A stretch of DNA of 64,000 nucleotides from an uncultured Cytophagales bacterium (GCA_963750355.1 CAVVQL010000007.1:314288-378287); one strand, 5' to 3'. Numbered from the stretch's first letter, positions 50,605 through 60,658 are shown. Program-made: numbers and translations. The notes: generated from the sequence alone by a model not told the origin.

Positions 50605-52030
50605 CCGACGATTGACCTGGGTGGGGCTCCTAACGCTTATTGCCCTGCTCAACGCTGCCTGTAGCGTACCGCGCCTGACCGGCCGAACGGAAAATAAACT
50701 AGTGCCTGCGCGTTACTACAACGCGCAGGATACCACAAATTCGGCCCGGACCAAGTGGCGTGATTACTTCACCGATCCGAATCTGACTGCCCTGATCGAT
50801 ACGGCCCTGCATAACAACCAGGAATTAAACATTAACCTGCAGGACATTCAGGTTGCCAACAACGAGATACTGGCCCGGAAAGGGGCGTATCTGCCGTTCC
50901 TGACGATTGGCGGGGGATCGGGCGTCGAAAAAGTATCCCGCTACACCAGTCAGGGAGCCGCTGATGCGTATAGCGAGATAAAACCGGGCAAACCAACGCC
51001 CGACGTGTTGCCAAACACGAATATAAGCGCCTTTGCCAGTTGGGAAGTGGATATCTGGCACAAACTGCGTAACGCCAGAAAAGCGGCGATAGCCAGTTAC
51101 GCCTCGTCGGTTGAAGGGAAAAATTTTCTGGTTACCAACCTGGTTGCCGACATCGCCAATTCGTACTATGAACTGATGGCGCTCGACAATCAACTGGATA
51201 TAATCCAGCGGAACATCACCATTCTTAGTAACGCCCTGTCCATTATCAGGCAGGAGAAAGAAGCGGCCAAGGTGACCGAACTGGCTGTACGCCGGTTTGA
51301 GGCCGAGGTGTTCAAAACGCAGAGTCTTCAGTACGAAATTCAGCAAAGGATTGTCGAAACGGAGAACCGGATCAATTTCCTGATGGGTCGATTCCCACAA
51401 CACGTTCAGCGCAGTTCGCCGACGTTTAACGAATCCATGCCTGCCAAGATTTTTGCGGGTGTGCCGGAGCAACTGCTTGAAAACCGGCCTGATATTCGCC
51501 AGGCTGAATGGAACCTACAGGCCGCCAAGCTGGATGTGAGCGTGGCCAGAGCTGAATTTTATCCTTCGTTACGGCTGTCGGCCTCGTTGGGTATTATGGC
51601 CTTCAATCCGTTGTATCTGGCCAGCGTGCCCGAATCGCTCATTGCCTCACTGGTAGGCGATTTGGTTGGGCCGGTGATCAATAAGAACGCTATCATGGCT
51701 ACGTATAGAAGTGCTAATGCCCGGCAGATACAGACCGTTTACAACTACGAACGGACGGTACTGAATGCGTATATCGAGGTGGCCAATCAGCTGTCGAATA
51801 TCGATAACCTGGAAAAAAAGTACAGCACGAAAAACAACCAGGTGCAGGCCCTCACCCAGTCGACCAGCATATCGCTCAAGTTGTTTACCTCGGCCAGAGC
51901 CGATTATATGGAAGTGCTGTTGACCCAGCGCGATGTGCTGGAGTCACGAATGGAGCTTATCGAAACCCGAATGCAGCAGATGCATGCCCTGGTCAATACG
52001 TACCGGGCATTGGGCGGTGGATGGAATTAA
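50594..52030 (+). CDS. Outer membrane efflux lipoprotein (TolC/NodT family)
   Basis: Lipobox NAAC, WEVDIW, LLENRPDIRQAE, YRALGGGW. Confidence 0.93.
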   Translation: MCNNRRLTWVGLLTLIALLNAACSVPRLTGRTENKLVPARYYNAQDTTNSARTKWRDYFTDPNLTALIDTALHNNQELNINLQDIQVANNEILARKGAYLPFLTIGGGSGVEKVSRYTSQGAADAYSEIKPGKPTPDVLPNTNISAFASWEVDIWHKLRNARKAAIASYASSVEGKNFLVTNLVADIANSYYELMALDNQLDIIQRNITILSNALSIIRQEKEAAKVTELAVRRFEAEVFKTQSLQYEIQQRIVETENRINFLMGRFPQHVQRSSPTFNESMPAKIFAGVPEQLLENRPDIRQAEWNLQAAKLDVSVARAEFYPSLRLSASLGIMAFNPLYLASVPESLIASLVGDLVGPVINKNAIMATYRSANARQIQTVYNYERTVLNAYIEVANQLSNIDNLEKKYSTKNNQVQALTQSTSISLKLFTSARADYMEVLLTQRDVLESRMELIETRMQQMHALVNTYRALGGGWN

Positions 52031-52053
52031 CAGAAGGGCACGTAACGCGAAGC

Positions 52054-52560
52054 TTATTCGTATCTAATCTCTGCTACCTGAAACGCTTCTTCGCCTTTCA
52101 TGGTGCGCAGCATCACCGTCTCACCGACCCGTTTGCCCTGCATGGCGCGGGCAATGGGGGCGGTGAAGGCAATCAGGCCGTGGGTGGCATCGGCTTCATC
52201 GACGCCAACGATGGTCAGTTGCCGGTCGGCCCCGGACTTGGGACGCAACGTAACCGAAGCACCAAACCGGATTTCGTCGCGTGGTTGCGTAGCCGGGTTG
52301 ACCACGTGCGCACTGCCGATGCGCTGATTTAAGGCCCCGACTTTCCCGTTGATGAGGGCCAGCTGCCGGGTACGTTCCGTCTCGTCGGTTTCATTCAGTT
52401 GAACGCGGACATGTTCAGCTTCCAGCTCGGCCAGTTCAGCACGAAGCAGGGTCAGCCCCTGCGGCGTCACGTAATTGCTAACGCCGGGTGGTAGCGGTGC
52501 CCGCGCCGGAATCACGACCGGGTCATCCGCCGATTCGTTTTTAAGAAAGGCACGGCTCAT
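52054..52560 (-). CDS. GreA/GreB-family elongation factor-like protein
   Basis: NYVTPQG, IRFGASVTL, IVGVDEAD, APIARAMQGKRVGE. Confidence 0.85.
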   Translation of the reverse strand: MSRAFLKNESADDPVVIPARAPLPPGVSNYVTPQGLTLLRAELAELEAEHVRVQLNETDETERTRQLALINGKVGALNQRIGSAHVVNPATQPRDEIRFGASVTLRPKSGADRQLTIVGVDEADATHGLIAFTAPIARAMQGKRVGETVMLRTMKGEEAFQVAEIRYE

Positions 52561-52563
52561 AAC

Positions 52564-52655
52564 TAAAAAGTTCAGGTCTCAAGTTTCATGTTTCAAGCGG
52601 TCCGCCGCAGCGGTGGTCCGCTTGAAACATGAAACTTGAGACCTGGAACTTTTTA
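52564..52655. repeat. Long heptamer-armed hairpin (AAGTTTC-type units around a GC-rich core)
   Basis: taaaaagttcaggtctcaagtttcatgtttcaagcgg / ccgcttgaaacatgaaacttgagacctggaacttttta, one-base bulge. Confidence 0.88.
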
Positions 52656-52670
52656 ATTTATCGTACGCCC

Positions 52671-53390
52671 TTACTTCCGGTTTCCGAAGAAACGGAGGAG
52701 GTACAGAAACAGGTTGACGAAATCGAGGTAGAGCCGCAGGGCACCCATGATGGCCCCCTTCCGGTCTGATTCGGCATCGGTGTTCCCAACGGCGTAGGTC
52801 TCCTTGATTTTCTGCGTGTCGTAGGCCGTTAAGCCCGTAAAGATCAGTACGCCCAGGAAGCTGGTGATCCAATAGACAGTTTCGTTATGAAGAAACAGGT
52901 TCACCACCGAAGCAATGATGAGGCCCAGCAAACCCATCAGCAGCAGATTACCCATACGGGTCAGATCTGTTTTGGTGAAGTAGCCATACACGCTCATGGC
53001 GCCGAATGTAAGGGCCGTGATAAAGAACGTGGAGGCGATCGAACTGCCGGTGTAAATCAGGAAGATACACGCCATCGTTAATCCATTCAACGCCGAATAG
53101 ACAATGAACAGCGCCGTAGCGGTAATGGCCGACAGGCGGTTGATCATCGACGACAGGCCCAGCACCATCACCAGTTCACCAATCAGTAGTCCGTAAAAGA
53201 CAAACCGGTTGCCAAAAATCAGCGACAGCATGGTTTCCGACGAAGCGGTGTAGATAGAGACCACCGCCGTAATTAACAAGGCCAGACTCATCCAGCCGTA
53301 GACCTGGGTCATAAACGCGGCCTGCTCCCGTTCAATGTCTTCGGGTGTTATATATCTCGATTGTACTCTTGGTTGATTCTGATCAGTCAT
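52671..53390 (-). CDS. Bax inhibitor-1/YccA family membrane protein
   Basis: FMTQVYGWM, YGYFTKTDL, TAYDTQKIK, GALRLYLDFVNLFL. Confidence 0.93.
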   Translation of the reverse strand: MTDQNQPRVQSRYITPEDIEREQAAFMTQVYGWMSLALLITAVVSIYTASSETMLSLIFGNRFVFYGLLIGELVMVLGLSSMINRLSAITATALFIVYSALNGLTMACIFLIYTGSSIASTFFITALTFGAMSVYGYFTKTDLTRMGNLLLMGLLGLIIASVVNLFLHNETVYWITSFLGVLIFTGLTAYDTQKIKETYAVGNTDAESDRKGAIMGALRLYLDFVNLFLYLLRFFGNRK

Positions 53391-53468
53391 GTGGGAATTT
53401 GTTAGCGCTACGTATACAACACCGTTTTGGGGAGGATATGCATGAGAAACACCACTTTTTATTTTGGT

Positions 53469-55034
53469 TTACCGCGCCACCAGCATTCGGGCCGATAACC
53501 GCTGTTCGCCCGCCTGAATGGCCACTACGTAGGTCCCCGTAGCCAACCCCTGCACGTTCATGCCCAGCGCCCGGTCCGATATACGGCTGACGGGCACGCC
53601 CACTACCCTACCCGCCCGGTCGTATACCTGCACGCCGCTGATGCCGGCCAGCAAGGCATCGCCTTCGAGCGTGACATTGTCAGCTGCGGGGTTTGGCACA
53701 ATGCGGAAAGCGGTGGCCAGCGGTTCGGTGGCGGTAACGAGCTGCCGGAAGATGGGAACCGGGTCGTAGCTCTTTTGCAGTACCGCCGTAACTTCGGGCT
53801 TCCCTGCGCCCAGCCAGTCGGCCAGGAGAGCGGCGTAGACCTGCCGGAAATCGGTCTGCATCTTTATGTTGTTGTTATCCAGGTCCGACAGGTTGGGGTT
53901 CTTGCCGATCACGTTTGTTTTTACCCCTTTTCCAAACACAAACAACGGGGCCGCAATGCCGTGATCGGTGCCGTAACTGGCATTGGAAATGGCGCGGCGG
54001 CCAAACTCAGAGAAGGTCATGCCCGCAACGCGGTCGTCAACGCCCTGTACCCGCAGGTCATCCTGAAACGCCTTGACGGCATCCGACAGTTGCTTCATCA
54101 GCGTGGCGTGCGCCCCGGTGGTCGTATCGGTGGTGCTGGTCTGGTTAGCGTGGGTATCGAACCCGCCGATCGTGACGTAATACACCCGCGTTTGCAGCCC
54201 GCCGTGAATCAGCCGCGACACTATTTTGAGCTGCTCGGCCAGGCTGTTTCCCGTTGGATAGGTCACCAGATTCTTACCCTTTGCCGCTGCCGCCTTGATC
54301 TGCGCCGCATAGGCTACCGACGATAACTGCTGCTGCCGAATGTAGCTGATGTGCTGCCCGGCGGGCGTCTTACCGGGTGGGGCCAGGTCGATGCTGGGTT
54401 TGTCGCCCACCAATTGGGCGAAGGTATCGGGGTTAGGAATAGCCACCGCCATGGGACCGCCCGGCCCGGCAAAGGCCGTTGAGGTGATATAGCCGATCTG
54501 GATCGCCAGCGGATCAGGGGCGTCTTTAGTCGGATAACCAGCCGGATAGCCTGGCCATTCTGCGTCCAGGTAGCGGCCTGTCCAGCCCGTCGACAGCACC
54601 TGGTTGGGGTCGGCCCCGGTGAACCAGATATCGCTGGCGCGGAAATGCGAAAAGTTGGGGGTCGGGTACGAAACGCTGTGGACGATAGACAGCTTACCCT
54701 CGTTGTACAGGCTTTGCAGGCCCGTCATGGCCGGATGCAGGCCCGTTGCGGCATTGTTGGCCAGCTTCAGCACCTTGGCTTCGGGCAGGGCAATGTTGCT
54801 GCGCAACGAGATGTACTTGCTCATCTGATCGAGCGGCACCACCATGTTCAGCCCATCGTTCCCCCCGTTCAACTGAATCATAACCAGCACGCGGTCGGTC
54901 GTGGTTGCCAGTTGAATCAGCGTCTGCATGAACGCCGAATTGGGTGAGCCAAACGCCTTCGCCCCGAACCCATCGATGAAAACGGGCAGCAGTAGGGAAG
55001 CGGAAGCATGCTGAAGAAAATGTCGACGATTCAT
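53469..55034 (-). CDS. DUF1501 domain protein with Tat signal and C-terminal T9SS type A sorting domain
   Basis: MNRRHFL; IQLNGGNDGLN, SHFRASDIW, GGFDTHANQ, FSEFGRR, GTDHG; C-terminal PNPA...VYD..G...L..GTYVV. Confidence 0.9.
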   Translation of the reverse strand: MNRRHFLQHASASLLLPVFIDGFGAKAFGSPNSAFMQTLIQLATTTDRVLVMIQLNGGNDGLNMVVPLDQMSKYISLRSNIALPEAKVLKLANNAATGLHPAMTGLQSLYNEGKLSIVHSVSYPTPNFSHFRASDIWFTGADPNQVLSTGWTGRYLDAEWPGYPAGYPTKDAPDPLAIQIGYITSTAFAGPGGPMAVAIPNPDTFAQLVGDKPSIDLAPPGKTPAGQHISYIRQQQLSSVAYAAQIKAAAAKGKNLVTYPTGNSLAEQLKIVSRLIHGGLQTRVYYVTIGGFDTHANQTSTTDTTTGAHATLMKQLSDAVKAFQDDLRVQGVDDRVAGMTFSEFGRRAISNASYGTDHGIAAPLFVFGKGVKTNVIGKNPNLSDLDNNNIKMQTDFRQVYAALLADWLGAGKPEVTAVLQKSYDPVPIFRQLVTATEPLATAFRIVPNPAADNVTLEGDALLAGISGVQVYDRAGRVVGVPVSRISDRALGMNVQGLATGTYVVAIQAGEQRLSARMLVAR

Positions 55035-55074
55035 AGAGAAGGGATGTCGGATTGGGGATCGGTCCAACATCCAG

Positions 55075-56625
55075 TTAACATAGTTGATACTCGGCCAGGC
55101 GGAACATGTATTGGAGGGTCGTATTTAGCTTGGTGCTGACGGCCATCTGTTTATTTTTATTCGTAGGGTCACTGGTATACGCCGCCCACTCAATGGGCCA
55201 TTCGTAGCGCGGCAGGCCCGCAACCAGCACGTTATCGATCAGAAAATCGAGTTGCGATCGGGTCAGATCAACCGCAAAAAAGACCGCCGACCATTCATCG
55301 ATCAGTTTAACCGGGTCAGCCGGGTCCGATGTCAGTTTAGCCAGGTCAATGGGGTCGAGCGTGAGCTTGTCCGTGCCGAACCGCACATTACCACTGGTCA
55401 ACAGATCGGTGTAGTAGCCCCGCAAAGCGAGGGTCGTACTGTTGATCCAGAGCTCGTAGAAACCAGTGTCGTAGTATGGTCGCCAGCCAAACACGTTGGG
55501 CTGATCCATCACGTCGAGTTGCTGCTCTCTGTTCCTGCTATGTATAAAAGCCATCAACTGCGTAAACCCGGTCGGATTGGTCACCGCATCGGGGGCTTTG
55601 ATGCCAAAATAGCGCAACGTACCGATGTTAAGCTCCAGCGGTGACTTGATAACCGACCCGCGCAGAGCTTCATCGAAGAAATGCTGACTGGTCAGCAACG
55701 TCGTCAGCACGGGCTTTATTTCGTAGTTACCCTGCCTGAACACCTGCGCGAGCGGCCCGATAAAATTCTGCTCGATATCGGGCGTAATCTCGGCGTTGAC
55801 AAACCAGCGGTACAGTTTACGAACCATAAACCGGGCCGCTTCGGGCTGGGCAAGAATCATGTCGACCAGTTCGCCCAGTTCATCGTCGCCCGCAGTGGTG
55901 CCGGTACGTCCTTTAATAACCTTGTTCTGATACGAGTCCGAAAATTTCTTATCGGTGGTATCGTGCTGAGCGGTCCGGAACGTAACAGTAATATCGGCGG
56001 TGGTTGTGTTGCGAAATCCGGTCTCTGTCCAGCCGGTGAGCACACGGGAAGCGGCCTTTACGTCATCTTCGGTATAATTACCCACGCCAATCGTAAACAG
56101 CTCCTGCAATTCGCGGGCGAAATTCTCGTTCGGTCTCCCCACCACGTTCTGATTCCCGTTGAGGTAGCGCAGCATGGCCGGATCTTTGGTCATGTCGATC
56201 ACGAACGACCGGAAATTACCCACGGCATGCCGACGAAGAACGGTATTCTGCCGGTAGATGTAGCGGGCGTCATTCACCTCGGCAAAGGTCGACACGAAGT
56301 GGTTTTGCCAGAAAACAACCAGCTTCTCCCGCAGCGACGGGGCCTCGTTGACCATCAGCCCCAACCACCAGTATTTGGTTGCACTTTGCCAGGTACCCTG
56401 TTGGACATCAATGAAAGCCAGCGTATTGAACGGCCTGGCGGTGGTAGGGTCTATGGGTGGGTCGGGCGTGGGCTGCGTAGCCAGCAGCGTCTGCACGGCG
56501 GCCTGAGGCGTTTGTCCCGTAAACTGCCTGATCTGGGCCGGGGAGGGCCCGAATGTAGCCCGCCGAAGAAGATGGGCAGCCTGTTGCGCGGTCAACGGGT
56601 TGCGAATAGGGTCAATAAGGGCCAT
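55075..56625 (-). CDS. DUF1800 domain protein
   Basis: HLLRRATFG, LREKL..FWQNHF, PAMLRYL, NENFARELQELFTIG, IKSPLE. Confidence 0.92.
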   Translation of the reverse strand: MALIDPIRNPLTAQQAAHLLRRATFGPSPAQIRQFTGQTPQAAVQTLLATQPTPDPPIDPTTARPFNTLAFIDVQQGTWQSATKYWWLGLMVNEAPSLREKLVVFWQNHFVSTFAEVNDARYIYRQNTVLRRHAVGNFRSFVIDMTKDPAMLRYLNGNQNVVGRPNENFARELQELFTIGVGNYTEDDVKAASRVLTGWTETGFRNTTTADITVTFRTAQHDTTDKKFSDSYQNKVIKGRTGTTAGDDELGELVDMILAQPEAARFMVRKLYRWFVNAEITPDIEQNFIGPLAQVFRQGNYEIKPVLTTLLTSQHFFDEALRGSVIKSPLELNIGTLRYFGIKAPDAVTNPTGFTQLMAFIHSRNREQQLDVMDQPNVFGWRPYYDTGFYELWINSTTLALRGYYTDLLTSGNVRFGTDKLTLDPIDLAKLTSDPADPVKLIDEWSAVFFAVDLTRSQLDFLIDNVLVAGLPRYEWPIEWAAYTSDPTNKNKQMAVSTKLNTTLQYMFRLAEYQLC

Positions 56626-56751
56626 ACCAGTAGATACATTCAGAAACTGGGCCTCAAGTTCTGAATTTAAATCAACTTATGCGCATTAAATCCCATTAAC
56701 GGAAACTACTCATAATCTGTACCGGTGTGTAACGCCAATTACCCAAAACGC

Positions 56752-56781
56752 CAGCGGCCCGGACATGTGTCCGGGCCGCTG
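56752..56781 (-). terminator. Perfect palindrome downstream of slyD
   Basis: cagcggcccggaca-tg-tgtccgggccgctg. Confidence 0.55.
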
Positions 56782-56806
56782 ATAAAGACCGTACCTTAAC
56801 CAGCCA

Positions 56807-57274
56807 TCAATGATGATCACCGGGGGTGTGCGCGTGCCCGTGCGACAGTTCATCGTCGGTGGCATTGCGCACGTCAACCACTTCAATATCAAAGTGCAGG
56901 GTTTCGCCGGCCAGTTCATGGTTCGCGTCGATCGTGACCGATTCAGGGCCAACTTCTTTCACGGTGACCACCATGCCATCGTCGGCCTGAAACTGCATAC
57001 CGACTTCGACTGGTGAGCCGCCAAAAGCGGACGCGGGCACCTCATGCACATTTTTAGGATCGCGAACCCCGTATCCCTTTTCGGGTGGAATACTCAGATT
57101 GAGTTTATCGCCCGCCTGCCGACCTTCAAGGCCCTCTTCCATACCCGGAATCAGGTTGTGTTCCCCGTGTAGATAGTAAAGTGGCTCGCCGCCTTCGCTG
57201 GAATCGAGCACTTCGCCGGCGTCGTTCCGCAGGGTGTACCGAATGGCCGCTACCTTATGTTTCGTAATATGCAT
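56807..57274 (-). CDS. slyD: FKBP-type peptidyl-prolyl isomerase SlyD
   Basis: YLHG..NLIPG.E, PPEKGYG, DANHELAG.TLHF, His-rich tail. Confidence 0.92.
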   Translation of the reverse strand: MHITKHKVAAIRYTLRNDAGEVLDSSEGGEPLYYLHGEHNLIPGMEEGLEGRQAGDKLNLSIPPEKGYGVRDPKNVHEVPASAFGGSPVEVGMQFQADDGMVVTVKEVGPESVTIDANHELAGETLHFDIEVVDVRNATDDELSHGHAHTPGDHH

Positions 57275-57374
57275 ACGTCAGTCAATGCGTTTAGTATGGG
57301 TAGGTAACTGGTAAAACCCGCCATTTGGTTCTGCTTTATTAGCCAACGCCTACTGTCCGGGTCACTACAGGCAG

Positions 57375-57382
57375 TAGCTTTG
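57375..57382 (+). promoter_or_regulatory. Bacteroidota -7 promoter element immediately before the thiN start
   Basis: TAGCTTTG ends 4 nt before ATG 57387. Confidence 0.55.
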
Positions 57383-57386
57383 CCGT

Positions 57387-58049
57387 ATGTCGTCACATCA
57401 TATTGTCCGTGAAAAGCAGGAACCCGCCCTGCTCATTGCCAACGGCGAATCCTGTCAGCCCGAATTACTGGGCCAATTGCTCGAATGGTCGCCCTATGTG
57501 GTGGTGCTCGATCAGGCCATTCACCGGGTGATGGACATGGGCCTGAAAGCCGATGTGCTGCTGGGCGACTTCGACAGAGCCCTCGACGTAGAGGCTGTCC
57601 GGGCGGCGCAGTATCCCATTGAGATAGTCTCAACGCCCGACCAGAACAAAACCGACCTCGAAAAAGGCATCGACTTTCTGATTGAGCGGGGCTTTCCGGC
57701 GGTGAACATCGTGTGGGCCACCGGCCGCCGCATGGATCATACCATCACGAACCTGACCAATATTGTCCGGTTCAAATCAACGATCAAGGTCACGCTCATC
57801 GACGATTATTCGGTGGTTTACCCGCTGGTTGGCCGGTTCGAGAAGTGGTACGCCAAAGGAACGCCCATCTCACTGATTCCGGTGGGCACGGTTACAGGCA
57901 TCGAAACAGAGGGCTTGCTGTATAACCTGTATAACGAATCGCTGACAATCGGCTACCGCACCGGCAGCAGCAACGAAGCCGCCGCCGACGGCTTTGTCCG
58001 CATCACCACCCAAACGGGCGATCTGCTCCTGATGGAATGCCATGACTGA
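57387..58049 (+). CDS. thiN: Thiamine diphosphokinase
   Basis: MSSHHIVR..QEPAL, LGDFD, DQNKTDLEK, G.R.DH, GL.Y.L, SSNE. Confidence 0.9.
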   Translation: MSSHHIVREKQEPALLIANGESCQPELLGQLLEWSPYVVVLDQAIHRVMDMGLKADVLLGDFDRALDVEAVRAAQYPIEIVSTPDQNKTDLEKGIDFLIERGFPAVNIVWATGRRMDHTITNLTNIVRFKSTIKVTLIDDYSVVYPLVGRFEKWYAKGTPISLIPVGTVTGIETEGLLYNLYNESLTIGYRTGSSNEAAADGFVRITTQTGDLLLMECHD

Positions 58050-58255
58050 TTGACGAATTACGATGTAGGAGTTACGATTTTGCGCTGCTGCGGCTACGCG
58101 AATCAACGTACCTGCTGACATGAATAATTCTTTGATGGAGCTGCTATTTACTGGCTTACAGCGTACATGTCCATAGTTGGACCTTTTGCCCTAAGCCGCG
58201 TGCGCCGTAGGCTCAGCGATCACACTCGACAGGCTCATAGTGTGATGCAGCGACC

Positions 58256-58356
58256 GTCATGCCGAACTTGTTTCGGCATCTGTGCATGCCCTACTAACTA
58301 GATCAGGCAAACTTCTACTTGTTAACTGCCAACTGTGTAGGGCACGCACAGATGCC
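58256..58356. repeat. REP-like element (GTCATGCCGAACTTGTTTCGGCATC plus 20-bp inverted arms)
   Basis: ggcatctgtgcatgccctac (58275-58294) versus gtagggcacgcacagatgcc (58337-58356). Confidence 0.7.
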
Positions 58357-58711
58357 TGACAACCAAAGATTACTGACGGCAGGTGCAGCTTCTGTTTCAC
58401 AGAAATACATTTCTAATAGTTTCGGCTAAATTAGAGTAAAGCGCTAAAACAGCACCAATTTCCACTATGGCCTGGGTGGTTTATTCTTAAGCCATAATGG
58501 GAATTGCTGAAACGGCAGGAGGCAACAGGGTTTCCAACGGGATTTTGAGGGTATTGATCCTGTCGGCCGTTACAGGTGTAGTCAACAGTGGGTACTCGTT
58601 TCGAAAAGGGTAAATTGCGGCCATCTGTTCGGCCAGGCGGCCGCACTTGTAAGGCGATACACTGCCAGATTTTTCAGATGAAAGCCCGGTAGGCATCGCC
58701 CGTAGCAGTCA

Positions 58712-59371
58712 GTGCGGACGATGGCTGCGGGTAATAATCGACAATTCCCTGTGCGCCACGTTGCCATTCTCCTGTTTAATGAAATTGAAGTGCTGGACTT
58801 TGCCGGGCCGTTCGAGGTGTTTGGCGTGGCGGGGCGGCAGTCGGGGCAGACGCGCTTTTCCGAGCCGCCATTCCAGGTGTTCACCGTCGCCGAGCGCGGA
58901 CCGGTCTATGCCCGCAATGGCCTGAGCATTAACCCGACGTATCTGCTCAACGACCACCCCAGGCCCGATATACTGATTGTTCCCGGTGGGGGCAGCTACC
59001 TCTCCGATGGCACACCCGCCGGTTCGCGCCGCGAGATGGACAACCCGGCCGTGCTGGGCTGGGTACGTCGCCATGCGCCCGCTGCCGAGCTGGTGCTATC
59101 GGTCTGTACGGGGGCATTGATTCTTGGCAAGGCCGGTCTGCTCGACGGACTTTCGGCCACCACGCATAAAGGGGCCGTGCAGTCCATGCGCGACCTGTTT
59201 CCGGCGGTGACCATGCAGCCTGAGCAACGCTGGGTCGACAATGGCAAGGTGATTACCTCGGCCGGTATTTCGGCGGGCATCGACATGTCGCTCTACGTCG
59301 TTGGCAAACTCCTGGGCGAAGACGTAGCCCGCGAAACGGCCTCGTATATGCAGTATGACCACTGGAAGTAG
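58712..59371 (+). CDS. DJ-1/PfpI family protein
   Basis: EVLDFAGPFEVF, VPGG, SVCTGA, TSAGISAGID. Confidence 0.9.
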   Translation: MRTMAAGNNRQFPVRHVAILLFNEIEVLDFAGPFEVFGVAGRQSGQTRFSEPPFQVFTVAERGPVYARNGLSINPTYLLNDHPRPDILIVPGGGSYLSDGTPAGSRREMDNPAVLGWVRRHAPAAELVLSVCTGALILGKAGLLDGLSATTHKGAVQSMRDLFPAVTMQPEQRWVDNGKVITSAGISAGIDMSLYVVGKLLGEDVARETASYMQYDHWK

Positions 59372-59388
59372 TTCTGTATCACCACAAA

Positions 59389-59437
59389 TTTTGTCATCCC
59401 GACGCAGCCGGGCGGCCGGTGCCGAGGGATGACAAAA
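59389..59437. repeat. Short REP-like hairpin between convergent genes
   Basis: ttttgtcatccc...gggatgacaaaa; related to the 5240 element. Confidence 0.65.
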
Positions 59438-59455
59438 AATATACAGTGTAGGTAT

Positions 59456-60658
59456 TTACTTCAACCGCTCCACCTCGTAGCGTAGCTCGTCGGCCAGCTG
59501 GCGGATGCGGTCGTAGCTGGGCGCGGGCGGGGGCAGTTGCTGACTGACGAACGCCTTTACGTCCCAGACTTCCAGCACGTCTTTCAGCGCCACTTCGCGG
59601 TTCGGTACGTTGGGTTTGTCGGCGGTGAGCAGCAGGGTGCCTTTGTCCTTTACCTTACTGAATACCCGCCGCGCCAGTATGCCCTGGTGCTGCACCAGCA
59701 AGACATAAAACTGCCCGTCGGTGATCTCGAACCAGTTGCGCACAAACTGCCCGATCAGCCAGGCGCCGGGGAACAGAAAGTCGCCATCCGCCTCGAAAGC
59801 GCGGTACTGGCCCATCGGCAGCATGGGCAGGCGCATGGTGGGCAGGCGGCTCAGGTAATCGGGTTGCTGGAACCGCTGCTGGTAGTCGCCAAACTGAGCC
59901 TGATGCACGTAGTGAATCGTCTGCGCCGAATTGTCGCCACTCGCCAGCGGATCGGGCATCGGGGCGGCGGGCGATGGGGTCTTTTCAAAATGATTGTTGA
60001 ACGCCGGTAACGGCTCCCCCCCATTATTGAACCCCTCGGCCGCCCGATTGACGCTAAAGGGCGGGGTTTGTACGGGCTGACCGCTGCGGGCCCGCATTTC
60101 TTCGTACAGCTGCCCCGGCTGCGGAACCGTCCGGTCTGCGTCACTGCGCTCGATCGGGGTTCGGGCGCGGCGAGCGCGGCAGAACCCCGATCGAGCCGCG
60201 TTCCGCTCTGAAGCGGGCCGTTCGGAAGGGGCTTTGTAGTATTTCTCCAGCACGTTGACCAGCGGCTGCGGTTCGGCACCGATAAACTCGCGGTCGGCAG
60301 GGGGCAGTTTGGGATCGTTGATCTGCGGCGGCGACGAGATAAAATCGTCCTCATCGTCATCCGTATCACTGAAAATCGGGGGCGGCGAGGCCACCCGGCT
60401 GCTGTTGCTATGCTGCCCGATGGGCAGGCTGAGGTCGGGCGTCTCGCGGATCTTCCGCAGGTCCTGCTTCAGCAACTGATCGACGGAGGTGTTGAACAGT
60501 TTAGCAATCGTGATGAGCGTATTCCAGTTGGGGTTGGCCCGTGCTTCTTCGTAGGCACCCAGCAATGATCGTTTGATGCCGATGCGCTGCGAAAACTGCT
60601 CCTGCGTTAAGCCATTCAACTTTCGCAGGTACTTGATGTTGTTGCTGACAAGCGTCAT
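59456..60658 (-). CDS. XRE-family HTH regulator with Pro-rich linker and degenerate C-terminal S24/LexA-like domain
   Basis: NIKYLRK...TQEQF...IKRSLLGAYEEARA; C-terminal RAFEA.GD...PG...WFEI.DG..Y...VLEVW. Confidence 0.85.
   Translation of the reverse strand: MTLVSNNIKYLRKLNGLTQEQFSQRIGIKRSLLGAYEEARANPNWNTLITIAKLFNTSVDQLLKQDLRKIRETPDLSLPIGQHSNSSRVASPPPIFSDTDDDEDDFISSPPQINDPKLPPADREFIGAEPQPLVNVLEKYYKAPSERPASERNAARSGFCRARRARTPIERSDADRTVPQPGQLYEEMRARSGQPVQTPPFSVNRAAEGFNNGGEPLPAFNNHFEKTPSPAAPMPDPLASGDNSAQTIHYVHQAQFGDYQQRFQQPDYLSRLPTMRLPMLPMGQYRAFEADGDFLFPGAWLIGQFVRNWFEITDGQFYVLLVQHQGILARRVFSKVKDKGTLLLTADKPNVPNREVALKDVLEVWDVKAFVSQQLPPPAPSYDRIRQLADELRYEVERLK

Noticed and set aside
49513-50652. Long antisense ORFs (379 aa here, 327 aa at 55681-56664 and others)
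   Set aside because: Shadow frames opposite well-supported GC-rich genes.
58431-58696. Two short minus-strand ORFs upstream of the DJ-1 gene
   Set aside because: No motifs or clear translation signals; likely non-coding or decayed sequence.
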